Shown: positions 28,131 to 37,180 of the stretch, piece after piece
How the letters are laid out: the number at the start of each line of letters is the position of its first letter
How positions within the stretch are numbered: position 1 is the first letter of the stretch
NCBI GenBank assembly: GCA_963837955.1
Contig: CAWIPH010000002.1
Coordinates: 2,464,001-2,528,000, forward strand
Origin: an uncultured Verrucomicrobiae bacterium
GTDB taxonomy: Bacteria; Verrucomicrobiota; Verrucomicrobiia; Chthoniobacterales; JAFAMB01
Direction of reading: 5' to 3'
DNA: 64,000 bases
Position numbers and translations under genes: made by a program
The notes under the pieces: generated by a model
What the model was told of the DNA's origin: nothing
The model's database searches: none
What the model saw: only the letters and a program-made list of their open reading frames with translations

Positions 28131-29072
28131 ATGGAGTTCTCGGATCTGAATCTTTTTGCTACCGTCGCACGCCATGGAAACATCACGAGGGCAGCCCAAC
28201 AACTCAATACGGTCCAATCAAACGTCACAACTCGGCTGCGCTCGTTGGAGCAGGAGTTAGGCGTACCGCTTTTCCAACGTCATCACCAAGGAGTAACGTT
28301 GACTCGGGCCGGGCACGACCTACTGCCGTTTGCTCACCAGGCCGAGGCACTTTGGCAGAAGGCCCGGGACGCTGTTTCGGCAAATGGAAAACCGCAGGGA
28401 ACTCTTCGTCTGGGATCCATGGAAACGACGGCGGCGGCTAGATTGCCTTCGCTACTCAAAGCGTACGCTCCAACGCATCGAAACGTCGATATTGCAGTGG
28501 AAACCGGGACGACCAGAGTTCTCATCCAGGCTGTCCTGGAATGTCGCTTGGACGGAGCGTTCGTGGCGGGACCGGTTGAGCACGACGATCTACTGGCAAC
28601 TCTCAGTTTCGTTGAAGAATTGGTCATCGTGAGTGCGCCCAAGCACCGGTCCTTGGAAACCGCGCTGAAAGAAGGGGGAATACACAAACTCTTTGTTTTT
28701 CGGGTGGGGTGTTCCTACCGCCAGCGTCTCGAGCGTTTCCTCGGCGTGCGCGGGATTACTCTAATCAACCAGTTGGAATTTGGAACGCTCGAGGGAATCA
28801 TTGGGTGCGTCAGCGCGGGTCTCGGTATCACGATGCTACCGCTCTCTGTAGTTGAACCGTATGTCCGGCGCAAAGAAGTCGCGGTTCACCGGATAGCGCT
28901 GGAGGATGCTCGATCGGAGACCGTATTTATTACCCGAAGGGATAGTCTTCGATCGCTCGCACTCGAGGAATTTCTACGTACATTAAGTGACACGATCCAG
29001 GTTGCGTCGCCGAAAAGGAATGGAAGCCAGAGCGCCCGACCTGAGAGACGGAAGCGTCATCGGGTAATCTGA
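28131..29072 (+). CDS. LysR family transcriptional regulator
   Basis: HTH GNITRAAQQLNTVQSNVTTRLRSLEQELG; LRLGSMETTAA, GCSYR; divergent from the MFS gene. Confidence 0.95.
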   Translation: MEFSDLNLFATVARHGNITRAAQQLNTVQSNVTTRLRSLEQELGVPLFQRHHQGVTLTRAGHDLLPFAHQAEALWQKARDAVSANGKPQGTLRLGSMETTAAARLPSLLKAYAPTHRNVDIAVETGTTRVLIQAVLECRLDGAFVAGPVEHDDLLATLSFVEELVIVSAPKHRSLETALKEGGIHKLFVFRVGCSYRQRLERFLGVRGITLINQLEFGTLEGIIGCVSAGLGITMLPLSVVEPYVRRKEVAVHRIALEDARSETVFITRRDSLRSLALEEFLRTLSDTIQVASPKRNGSQSARPERRKRHRVI

Positions 29073-29092
29073 TTTCTGGGAAAAACGAAGTA

Positions 29093-29992
29093 ATGGATTT
29101 GCACCAATTGCGGTACTTTGTGGCAGTCGCTGAGCGACTCCATTTCGCTGAAGCTGCCGAGTTAGTGCATGTTTCTCAGCCTGGATTAAGTCAGCAGATA
29201 AAAGCGTTAGAGGAAGACGTCGGCGTTCTTTTATTGAAGCGGACGAAGCGCGCAGTCGCTCTGACCGAAGCAGGGAAGCATTTCCTGGAAGAAGCTAAGC
29301 TGACGCTGGAACATGCCGAGCGGGCTAGAGTTGTTGCCCAGAAAGTTGCCAGAGGCAAGCTTGGTTCGGTTCGAATCGGTTACGTTCATTCTGTTCCTTT
29401 TAGCGGTTTGTTAGCCAAACTCGCGACAGTATTTCGAGAATGTGCTTCAGACTTACATCTGGATTTTGAAGAGGCAGATTCTTTCGACCAAGTCACTCGC
29501 ATTGTGGAAGGAGACCTAGATCTAGCATTCGTCCGCCTACCACTTGAAAGTGTTCCATCTGAAGTCGCTATCAAAGTAGTCATGCGCGAAAAACTGCTGG
29601 TGGCAGTGCACAAGGACCATGCGCTGGCTAGATACAAGAGCATACCGTGTGCATCCTTGAGCCGGGAGGAACTGGTCCTGTATTCCAGAGCAGACGGAAA
29701 ATCGGCTCTGGATGATCACATCCGGGCAATCGCCGAAAAGGGACGGTTTAACCCAGAGGTCGCACAGCGGGCGCACAAGCTGACAGCTATTATCGGCCTA
29801 GTCGCCGGCGGCTCCGGCGTGGCGATCGTGCCGGAATCGTTGCGTTATATGCATGTTCCGACGGTCGTATTTCGACCCTTAGCGGATATCCAGCAACTGT
29901 CGGAACTCGCAGTTGTGTACAGACGTGATGAACGTTCGCCCGCAGTCAGTTTTTTTCTGACGAAGTTAAGTTCGATAAGCGACCCGGCCTGA
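29093..29992 (+). CDS. LysR family transcriptional regulator (BenM/HcaR-like)
   Basis: MDLHQLRYFVAVAERLHFAEAA, SQPGLSQQIKALE, LVAGGSGVAIVP. Confidence 0.95.
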   Translation: MDLHQLRYFVAVAERLHFAEAAELVHVSQPGLSQQIKALEEDVGVLLLKRTKRAVALTEAGKHFLEEAKLTLEHAERARVVAQKVARGKLGSVRIGYVHSVPFSGLLAKLATVFRECASDLHLDFEEADSFDQVTRIVEGDLDLAFVRLPLESVPSEVAIKVVMREKLLVAVHKDHALARYKSIPCASLSREELVLYSRADGKSALDDHIRAIAEKGRFNPEVAQRAHKLTAIIGLVAGGSGVAIVPESLRYMHVPTVVFRPLADIQQLSELAVVYRRDERSPAVSFFLTKLSSISDPA

Positions 29993-30088
29993 CCTATTCG
30001 AAAGGCCGGTCAGCAAAAGTAAACTCAGCGCCGTTAGACGAACCGGCGCCGAGTAATAGTGCTAACCCCTATTGAAATCCGCTGGGGA

Positions 30089-30349
30089 TTACGAACCAAA
30101 GAGATCGTCGAAGCCAGGGCTTTGGGTCGGCTTATAGAAACCGTCTGCATCGTGGTCCCAATCAGCTTCCGATGTTTGTACTTGGAAGTGCACAGCCGGC
30201 CTGACCGGTTGAACCGCAATATGTCTCTCAGCTCCTTTTGCTTTAGCTGGAGTGTTAGCCAAACAAATAGCTGGGCTAAACGCCAAAGCTAATACAGCGG
30301 CTCGAACCACCGCCGGATTTGTTAGTTTTGATAACCAACTTGTGATCAT
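30089..30349 (-). CDS. Small exported hypothetical protein (86 aa)
   Basis: SD-like AAAGAGG before ATG 30349; signal peptide VRAAVLALAFSPAICLA; acidic/aromatic C-terminus DWDHDADGFY...GFDDLFGS. Confidence 0.6.
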   Translation of the reverse strand: MITSWLSKLTNPAVVRAAVLALAFSPAICLANTPAKAKGAERHIAVQPVRPAVHFQVQTSEADWDHDADGFYKPTQSPGFDDLFGS

Positions 30350-30420
30350 TGTTCTACCTCTTTCTGAGAAAAGCATGCGACATCCGGAGATCTCCTTCCA
30401 ATAGAACGCAACCCCCGAGA

Positions 30421-30441
30421 CTAATAACGTGAAGTTATTAG
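30421..30441. promoter_or_regulatory. Perfect palindrome CTAATAAC-N5-GTTATTAG, LysR-type T-N11-A box
   Basis: Located 72-92 bp upstream of the small exported protein start. Confidence 0.55.
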
Positions 30442-30565
30442 GGTGGAAGCGGAGGCTGGGGGAGAGAATGGGAAACAGATACCAGATACCCCTGATCGAT
30501 CGTCAGGACCCAGCACTTCCGGGCAGAGCGCCGACACGTCGCCGACGTACAGAGCAACCCCATGA

Positions 30566-30732
30566 TCGGTAGGGCGAAAGCCTCGGCGCGCCGGAAATGT
30601 TGTGATGTCTGTTGCCTCATCAGCGCCGGGCTTGAGCCGGGTCCGGATCGGGGAAAGCGTCATACGTTGGGTAGAACCAGCACGGCTCAAGCCGATCCCG
30701 CTGAGACGGTATCAGGGCTTTCGCCCTACCGA
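30566..30732. repeat. REP family B doublet (REPIN-like)
   Basis: tcggtagggcgaaagcc...ggcttgagccg ... cggctcaagcc...ggctttcgccctaccga. Confidence 0.85.
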
Positions 30733-30754
30733 CCATGCCGCTGAAAACCCCACC

Positions 30755-30789
30755 AAAAAAAAGAAGGCTGTTTACACAGCCTTCCTTTT
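30755..30789 (-). terminator. Rho-independent terminator for the minus-strand ABC operon (possibly bidirectional)
   Basis: A8-gaaggctgt-ttac-acagccttc-ctttt, about 45 bp after the SBP stop. Confidence 0.8.
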
Positions 30790-30834
30790 GTACCGATTAA
30801 CAATCAGGCAACGTTTCCGTCACGTCTATCTGCA

Positions 30835-31965
30835 CTATTGGTAAGCCGGATTCGCCCTGAAAACGGGGTCGTTGATGTCGTACTTGAAGGCGTTCTCCGC
30901 TCTCTTCTGCATGTAGTCATCGAGGATCCACGGAATCATCTTAGACTTGTCAACCGTGTCCTTCTCGTAGGGCATAAAGTTTACAAATACGGCCTTCTTA
31001 TACGGTTTTCCTGCGAAGTAGGCTGTGATCTGCTGAAACGCAATATCCGCTTCGAGCGTGGGGCACTGATTGACGTCCATGGTCGTCAATCCCTTGGCAA
31101 CCCAGTCCCAGGACTTCTCTTTGCCGTTGCTCGATCCAAGCCAATATTTGCTTGGATCAAGTCCAGCTTCCTGCATGGCCTGGAGTGCGCCGGTCATCAT
31201 TTCATCATTCTGGACGTAGGCGCCATCAAATCCATCCGGTCCGAGGGATGTGATGGCGTCCTGCATGACTTTCTTGGCCGGATCCGCGAACCAGCCGCCG
31301 GAGCCCCAGAACACGACCTGAAGATCCTTCCCGCCTGCACCCTTTACGCCGACGCTATCAAGAAGGTTGCCGATATCCTTGCCGCCCTTCTTGTATGCCT
31401 GAAGGAAGCCTTGAGTCTGACCGGCGGCGGTTCCTTGCCCGAGCTTTCCTTCGATCATGACTAGTCTTTTGACATTGTGCTTCATGGCCGACTGAGCGGC
31501 GAGCTCTCCGTCGTACACCCAATCGAATCCGGCGAAGCCTCCGAGCCCGGGCTCGTTTGGCGGATTATGGGTGAGGTGAAACTCAGGAACCCCGGCGGCA
31601 TGGGCTTTTTTCAGAGTCTCGGAAGTGGTCTGCGGCGAGTTCTGAACGACAACCAGCGCATCGACCTTCTGAGTGAGGAAGTTTTCAACTGCAGAAACCT
31701 GTTCGGGCGCAGTGCCCTGACCCACCACGTCCAATACCTGCCAGCCCGACTTGGTTGCGAGAGCCTTGAATACCTGGAAGCCTGCCTTGTAGTAGTCATC
31801 AGACGCGTCCATGTAATAACCAATGACCTTCGGCTTATCTCCAGCTGCTGCTTGCGTATTGCTGCCTGGGAAGCTCATGGCCCACAGAGCAGCAAAACTT
31901 ACTAACAATAACGGCAGACGCCTCGTCTGCTTCGCCTTGGATTGTTTGTGCACACTTTCTTTCAT
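30835..31965 (-). CDS. Sugar ABC transporter substrate-binding protein (RbsB type)
   Basis: Signal peptide; KVDALVV, MIEGKLGQ, GAYVQNDEMMTGALQAM. Probable start is ATG 31965. Confidence 0.9.
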   Translation of the reverse strand: MKESVHKQSKAKQTRRLPLLLVSFAALWAMSFPGSNTQAAAGDKPKVIGYYMDASDDYYKAGFQVFKALATKSGWQVLDVVGQGTAPEQVSAVENFLTQKVDALVVVQNSPQTTSETLKKAHAAGVPEFHLTHNPPNEPGLGGFAGFDWVYDGELAAQSAMKHNVKRLVMIEGKLGQGTAAGQTQGFLQAYKKGGKDIGNLLDSVGVKGAGGKDLQVVFWGSGGWFADPAKKVMQDAITSLGPDGFDGAYVQNDEMMTGALQAMQEAGLDPSKYWLGSSNGKEKSWDWVAKGLTTMDVNQCPTLEADIAFQQITAYFAGKPYKKAVFVNFMPYEKDTVDKSKMIPWILDDYMQKRAENAFKYDINDPVFRANPAYQ

Positions 31966-31976
31966 GTTGTTTATGA

Positions 31977-33092
31977 CTATTTTGTCGATTCCAGTCTCTC
32001 TCCTTTGGCGACCCGTTGCTCTGCGCGCCAACGCAGCTCCCTCCTCCTTGACATGAACCCGGAAATTCTGGCCGAAACGTCGCCCGCGGACACCGCGATT
32101 ATCACGACGAGACCCTTGGCGACGAACTGCACTTCTGACGGCAGACGGAGCATGTTCATGGCGTTGCCTATCGACCCAAGGAAGAAGACGCCGATCAACG
32201 TGCCCACGATGTTGCCCTTGCCGCCTTTCAACGCCGTACCGCCTATGACCACCATGGCTATGGCGTCGATCTCCAGACCTTGCCCCAAGGTGACGATACC
32301 GGTGTTGACGCGCGAGAGAAGCATGACTGCGCCAATACCGACCAGAAAGCCCATGATGACGTACACCGAGAGCTTCATGTTCTTGACGTTGATACCTGCC
32401 AGGTAGGCTGCGTCAGGGTTGGTCCCAACGGCATAGATCCTTCGACCGTACTTTGTATAGTTCAGAAGCAGTCCGGCAAGCAGCGCGATCAGAAAGAAAA
32501 TCAAGACGTAGGGTGGAATGATCAGGTTGAGATGACTGACCGGATCCTTCGCCCCCTGTATCAGGTTACCCTTAAAGAAATCCAGCTCTCCGTTCATGAT
32601 CACCTCGCGCGAATTGCAGAGAAGGAGCGCTATTCCCTGAAAGGTGATCATACCACCGAGCGTGACAATGAAGGGCTCCACCTTAGTACGGGAAATGATG
32701 TAACCCATCAGGGACTCGAGCACGACAGCGGTCATGACTCCGACCAGAATGGAAGGAACAATCCCGAAGTGCCACTTCGATATTCCCAGCGCGGTCACGA
32801 TGGATACGAGAGAAGCCAGCATTCCCACCGAAAGATCGATTCCTCCGGAAATCATGACAATCGTCATGCCGACAGCAATGATTCCCGGTACGCCGACCTG
32901 CTGCAGTATGTTCAGCAGGTTCACGGGACTGATGAAGGTGGGAAACCGGCTTCCGCCCCCCATTATCAGTTGCAGAAGAACGATAATGATAACGAACCCG
33001 ACGAAGATCGACAATACCGTCAAATTCTCGTGTCGCTGGAAGAGAGATTTCCGAGCCGCTTGCTTCTGCCCTGTAATCTCCTGACTAATCAT
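31977..33092 (-). CDS. Sugar ABC transporter permease (RbsC type)
   Basis: GGIDLSVG, PFIVTLG, GRRIYAVGTN, DAIAMVVIGGTALKGGKG. Confidence 0.95.
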   Translation of the reverse strand: MISQEITGQKQAARKSLFQRHENLTVLSIFVGFVIIIVLLQLIMGGGSRFPTFISPVNLLNILQQVGVPGIIAVGMTIVMISGGIDLSVGMLASLVSIVTALGISKWHFGIVPSILVGVMTAVVLESLMGYIISRTKVEPFIVTLGGMITFQGIALLLCNSREVIMNGELDFFKGNLIQGAKDPVSHLNLIIPPYVLIFFLIALLAGLLLNYTKYGRRIYAVGTNPDAAYLAGINVKNMKLSVYVIMGFLVGIGAVMLLSRVNTGIVTLGQGLEIDAIAMVVIGGTALKGGKGNIVGTLIGVFFLGSIGNAMNMLRLPSEVQFVAKGLVVIIAVSAGDVSARISGFMSRRRELRWRAEQRVAKGERLESTK

Positions 33093-34573
33093 ATTTCCTT
33101 ATCTCCAATAGAATAGGTCAGGATATTCTCTTCGGAGACCTCGTCGCCGGTCAGTTCGGCCATTTTCTGCCCACTCTTCATAATGATGACCCGGTCACTC
33201 ATGGAGATGACTTCTGGCATGTCCGAGGAGACCATGATGATGGCCTTGCCTTGCTTGAGCAGATCGACCATTACCTTGTAGATCTCCTGCTTTGAGCCCA
33301 CGTCGATGCCCCGCGTCGGCTCGTCAAAAATGTAAATCTCGCCGTTTGTATTGAACCATTTGGCAAGCACTACCTTCTGCTGATTGCCGCCGGAAAGATT
33401 CATGACGCGGGTACGGGAATCATTTGTCCTGATATTGAGCAGCTTGACGAACCGGTCACCAGTCCGGCAGTCATCGGCTTGCCGAACGACGAATTCCCTG
33501 GTGTTCACCAGATTTGCGACGGTGACGTTCTGCGCGATGGACTGAGGCAGGAAAAGACCGGTGTTCTGCCGATCTTCGGTGATGAAACACATCTTGTTCT
33601 TGATCGACGCCTTTGGGTTTGAATGCTTGACGATTTTTCCCTTGATCAAGATTTCGCCGTAGTCCAAACGCGCGCTACCGAATAGGACATTCATGAGCTC
33701 CGAGCGCCCGGAACCTGCCATTCCTGCGATCCCGAGTATTTCGCCCTTTCTGAGAACGAAGGAAATGTTCTCTGCACCGTTGCCAGTCACGTTTCTTGCC
33801 TCAAAGACGACTTCGCCGATCGGCACACTTTCTCTTTGATAAAAGGTGGAAGGATCACGGCCGACCATGTCCTTGATCAGTGTGGTTTTGGTTAAGCCAT
33901 TGAGGCGGTAAGTGCTGACTTTGCGTCCGTCCCGCAATACCGTAACGCGGTCTCCGACCTTAAAGACCTCTTCCAGGTGGTGGGAAATGTAGATGATTCC
34001 CACGCCGCTGTTCTTAATCGTCTGAATAATTTCGAGCAGGTGATCTATCTCCACAGAGGAGAATGACGCCGTCGGTTCGTCGAGGATGATGGCCCTCCTC
34101 TTGAAAACCAGGCCTTTAGCAATCTCGACGGTCTTTTGCTGCCCGCTGCTGAGCTCGTTCATCTTCATGTCGGGGCTCAGGTCACTCTTCAGGTATCTCA
34201 GAACCTCGACGGTCTGTTTCCTCATTTCACTTTGCTGCAGGAACCCCCGTTTCACGATTTCCGATCCGGTAAAGATGTTCTCTACGATGTTCAGATTCTC
34301 GAAGACGACGTGCTCCTGGTATATCGTTTGGATGCCCAAACTCATGGCAAGATGCGGGTTCAGGTTCACCTCTCTCTCGTCAAAGATGACCTCGCCGCCT
34401 TCGTCCGGTTGATATGCCCCCGAAAGAATCTTGATCAGGGTGGACTTACCGGCTCCATTTTCTCCGCAGAGGCAATGCACCTCCCCCTCGTTCAAGTCGA
34501 AAGAGATATTCTGCAGCGCCACCACGCCGGGAAAGGTCTTCGATATATTTCTCAGTTGAAGGATCTGGCTCAT
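33089..34573 (-). CDS. Sugar ABC transporter ATP-binding protein (RbsA type)
   Basis: GENGAGKST, LDEPTAS, LSGGNQQKV, FDEPTRGIDVGSK. Confidence 0.96.
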   Translation of the reverse strand: MSQILQLRNISKTFPGVVALQNISFDLNEGEVHCLCGENGAGKSTLIKILSGAYQPDEGGEVIFDEREVNLNPHLAMSLGIQTIYQEHVVFENLNIVENIFTGSEIVKRGFLQQSEMRKQTVEVLRYLKSDLSPDMKMNELSSGQQKTVEIAKGLVFKRRAIILDEPTASFSSVEIDHLLEIIQTIKNSGVGIIYISHHLEEVFKVGDRVTVLRDGRKVSTYRLNGLTKTTLIKDMVGRDPSTFYQRESVPIGEVVFEARNVTGNGAENISFVLRKGEILGIAGMAGSGRSELMNVLFGSARLDYGEILIKGKIVKHSNPKASIKNKMCFITEDRQNTGLFLPQSIAQNVTVANLVNTREFVVRQADDCRTGDRFVKLLNIRTNDSRTRVMNLSGGNQQKVVLAKWFNTNGEIYIFDEPTRGIDVGSKQEIYKVMVDLLKQGKAIIMVSSDMPEVISMSDRVIIMKSGQKMAELTGDEVSEENILTYSIGDKEI

Positions 34574-34847
34574 GGGTTCGATAACTGGTGCCGCATCGCT
34601 CGTCGCGGGCCCTTACCATCACCTCCTTTGAACCGTACGTGACACGTACGGACCGCTACTGCGCGTGCAAACCCGACGTCGTCTTGTTCGCGTGGCGCTC
34701 GTCAGCAATTTCTGTCTCCGGGGGGGATATTCAGCCCAACATCCTGAGTCGGCGATGCGATCAGGGATCGAAACTTTGGGGTTTTTCGAGTGGTTTGATC
34801 CAGTCGCTTTTTTCGGATGCTGTCAAGAAAAATGGGGGCGGCGCGCT

Positions 34848-35460
34848 GGTCTCCGGTTTTATCGCGCGAAGGGAACTAGCGCTATTTTAAACAGGATTCG
34901 AAGAAAATCTAGAGACCGAAGCTAAATCCATTTCCGGAAGGTGGAAAAATTTGTGATATTCCGGTACCGATGAGGATTGAAACCGGATCGGCAAAGTCTA
35001 ATATCTAGAGCGGGCGGCGAGTAGCCTTGGGCACAGGGTGGCCAATACGCCGCGGTCAGTTGTGTATCGGACCTCGCCATAGATTCAGAATCCCCCCAAC
35101 TGAAAAATTAAGAACTATCACCGACGAAAAGCCTCTCCGCAGAACCTCCGGTAGAGAGGCGACGAACGACAGTGAACACCGGCGAACGACAGTGAACACA
35201 GCTGGCGTTCGTTCTCGTTCGCTGACGTTCGTTCTCGTTCGCTGCCCTTTGCGGCTTAGCAGGCCTGTCCGACGAAGCCTTCGCGGTCGCCACCCCGGGC
35301 GACAAATTTGGCGCAGTTGGAAGCTTCGTCCTACCCTTGATTTCAAGTCATGAATACTTTTCCCAAATTACATAATGCGATGTGGCCCGGCCTGGTTGGT
35401 AAAGGGCCTGGCTCAGAACCCTTCATAGATCTCGATACAATGCTGAATCTCACAGCGGCT
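34848..35460 (+). repeat. Diverged copy of the 43103-43480 promoter region and gene start
   Basis: taccgatgaggattgaaac-gatcgg-aaagtctaatatct (34965-35006 vs 43215-43256); ccccccaact-aaaaatta (35092 vs 43262); coding start duplicated. Confidence 0.88.
35162..35244. repeat. Decamer-based inverted repeat element (GAACGACA/GAACACC ... GTTCGTTCTCGTTCGCTG)
   Basis: Shares cacagctggcgttcgttctcgttcgctgacgttcgtt with 47786-47822; partial copy at 54545-54567. Confidence 0.85.
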
Positions 35461-35514
35461 TTGCACCGGACAACAGCGCAGACGACTACACCACCGGATG
35501 GTTTAACTTTGTGA
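35350..35514 (+). pseudogene. 5' stub (36 codons) of a paralog of the xylose-isomerase-like gene at 43369
   Basis: [36 protein letters not shown] vs [36 protein letters not shown], then unrelated sequence and TGA at 35512. Confidence 0.9.
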
Positions 35515-35601
35515 ACGACCTCAAATCCATGATCGAGATCGTCCCATCTTGGCAGAAGGCTGTCGCGGATGACGCTGACTGCTAAAACTTGCTCCCGTCG
35601 T

Positions 35602-36087
35602 TCAGTACACTGAGTTTACTTGGACGGCTTGTCCCTTGAGTATATCGCGCACCTGAGATTTTGTTAATAAGATCGCAATGTTTAGGTCGGCGATAGTCGG
35701 AAAATCGGCGCGATTCACAGTTGCTTTGGCCACAATCTTGTCGGGATCCTGGACCAACGTGACGTCAAACGAGTCGCTAAGCACGTACTTGTCTGGGTCT
35801 TCCTCGCTCGCTTTGGTATCCCACAGCAAGCAAAGAAGCCCGAAATACTTCGCATCGAGGCCCGCGGTTTCTTTGTTCCAGAATTTACTTCCTGTCAGCG
35901 TAATTTTGACTTGGTTCCCGCTAACCTCGATCTTGGTGTCCCCGGATGGATCGCCAGCAGAGAGTTTCCACCGCAGCGCTTCCTCGAACGTTTCGCGATG
36001 GGCTTTTCCTAGGCCGGCATTCTCGCCTTGTCCGTCGGCCGGATGAGTTGCGATTAGCACGAAAAGCGTGATCACGATCCATTTCAT
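35602..36087 (-). CDS. Exported hypothetical protein (161 aa)
   Basis: Signal-like N-terminus MKWIVITLFVLIATHPADG; ATGA overlap with the upstream ATPase stop; no recognised family. Confidence 0.7.
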   Translation of the reverse strand: MKWIVITLFVLIATHPADGQGENAGLGKAHRETFEEALRWKLSAGDPSGDTKIEVSGNQVKITLTGSKFWNKETAGLDAKYFGLLCLLWDTKASEEDPDKYVLSDSFDVTLVQDPDKIVAKATVNRADFPTIADLNIAILLTKSQVRDILKGQAVQVNSVY

Positions 36088-37175
36088 GCCTGGGCCAAAT
36101 TCTTGCTGGTTTCTAGATCAAAAAAATGCAGCTTGTCCTGCGCAAACGCAATCTGCACCGGTGCGTTCACCGGTACCCGGGTAGTGGCCGCGGACGTAGC
36201 GCGGATCAAGTGATCGGCGATGCTGATCGTCAAGATCATTTCAACGCCATGGTCTTCAGCACCGTATAACCTTCCTGCGATGTCGCCGCCAGCGATCAGC
36301 TCCACATGCTCCGGGCGAACACCGACACGAACGGAGTTGCGTTTGCCGGCAATCTCGTTGAGCCGCTCACGGATGGTTGGTTGAAGGACGATTTCAAACT
36401 TTTCTGGGACAACAATGAGCTTATCTCCATCAATCGCAGCATCGAATAGGTTGATCGCGGGCGACCCTACAAACGAAGCAACGAAGGTGTTTCGGGGAGA
36501 ATTATAGACTTCGTAGGGCGTACCGACTTGAACCAGCTCTCCATCGCAAAGCACGCCAATGCGATCACCCATTGTCATCGCCTCGACCTGATCGTGAGTG
36601 ACGAAAACCAGCGTCGCCCCTAGCTTCAATTGCAGCTGTCTAAGTTCGGACCGCAACAGCTCGCGCAGTTTTGCATCAACGTTGGAGAGCGGCTCATCCA
36701 TCAGGAATAAGCGCGGCTCACGAACGATTGCCCGGCCGATGGCCACACGCTGCATCTCTCCGCCAGAGAGTCGATCGGTGCGCCGATCCAGCAGATGCGA
36801 AATGCGCAATGTCTCAGCCGCCTTTTGTACCCGGGGGCCAATCTCTTTTGCCGGAAGCTGGCGCAGCTTCGATTTGAGGGGAAATTCGAGGTTCTTGCGC
36901 ACCGTATAGTTCGGGTAAAGCGAATACTGCTGGAAGACGAGAGCGACATCTCGGTTCGCCGCGCTCCAGTCGTTCACCAGGTCTTCGCCGATCCAGACTT
37001 CGCCGCTCTCTGGCTTTTCCAAGCCTGCGATGCAACGCAAGGTCGTGGTCTTTCCAGCGCCGGTCGGACCCAGCAAGACGAAGAATTCTCGATCCTGAAT
37101 ATCGAGCGAAAGATTGCGTAGCGCAGTGACCGCGCCGTAGCTTTTGGAGAGATTCTTCAGAGATAACTTTGCCAC
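36084..37175 (-). CDS. Carbohydrate ABC ATP-binding protein (MalK type)
   Basis: GPTGAGKTT, VFQQYSLYP, LSGGEMQRVAIGRA, MDEPLSN, VTHDQVEA, TOBE tail. Confidence 0.95.
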   Translation of the reverse strand: MAKLSLKNLSKSYGAVTALRNLSLDIQDREFFVLLGPTGAGKTTTLRCIAGLEKPESGEVWIGEDLVNDWSAANRDVALVFQQYSLYPNYTVRKNLEFPLKSKLRQLPAKEIGPRVQKAAETLRISHLLDRRTDRLSGGEMQRVAIGRAIVREPRLFLMDEPLSNVDAKLRELLRSELRQLQLKLGATLVFVTHDQVEAMTMGDRIGVLCDGELVQVGTPYEVYNSPRNTFVASFVGSPAINLFDAAIDGDKLIVVPEKFEIVLQPTIRERLNEIAGKRNSVRVGVRPEHVELIAGGDIAGRLYGAEDHGVEMILTISIADHLIRATSAATTRVPVNAPVQIAFAQDKLHFFDLETSKNLAQA

Positions 37176-37180
37176 TTTGA

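Noticed and set aside
32280..33116. Long antisense ORFs (e.g. 32280-33116, 30838-31464, 47828-48580, 9424-10056) and the same-strand alternate-frame ORF 11734-12468
   Set aside because: They are shadow frames of well-supported genes in GC-rich DNA, with no motifs.
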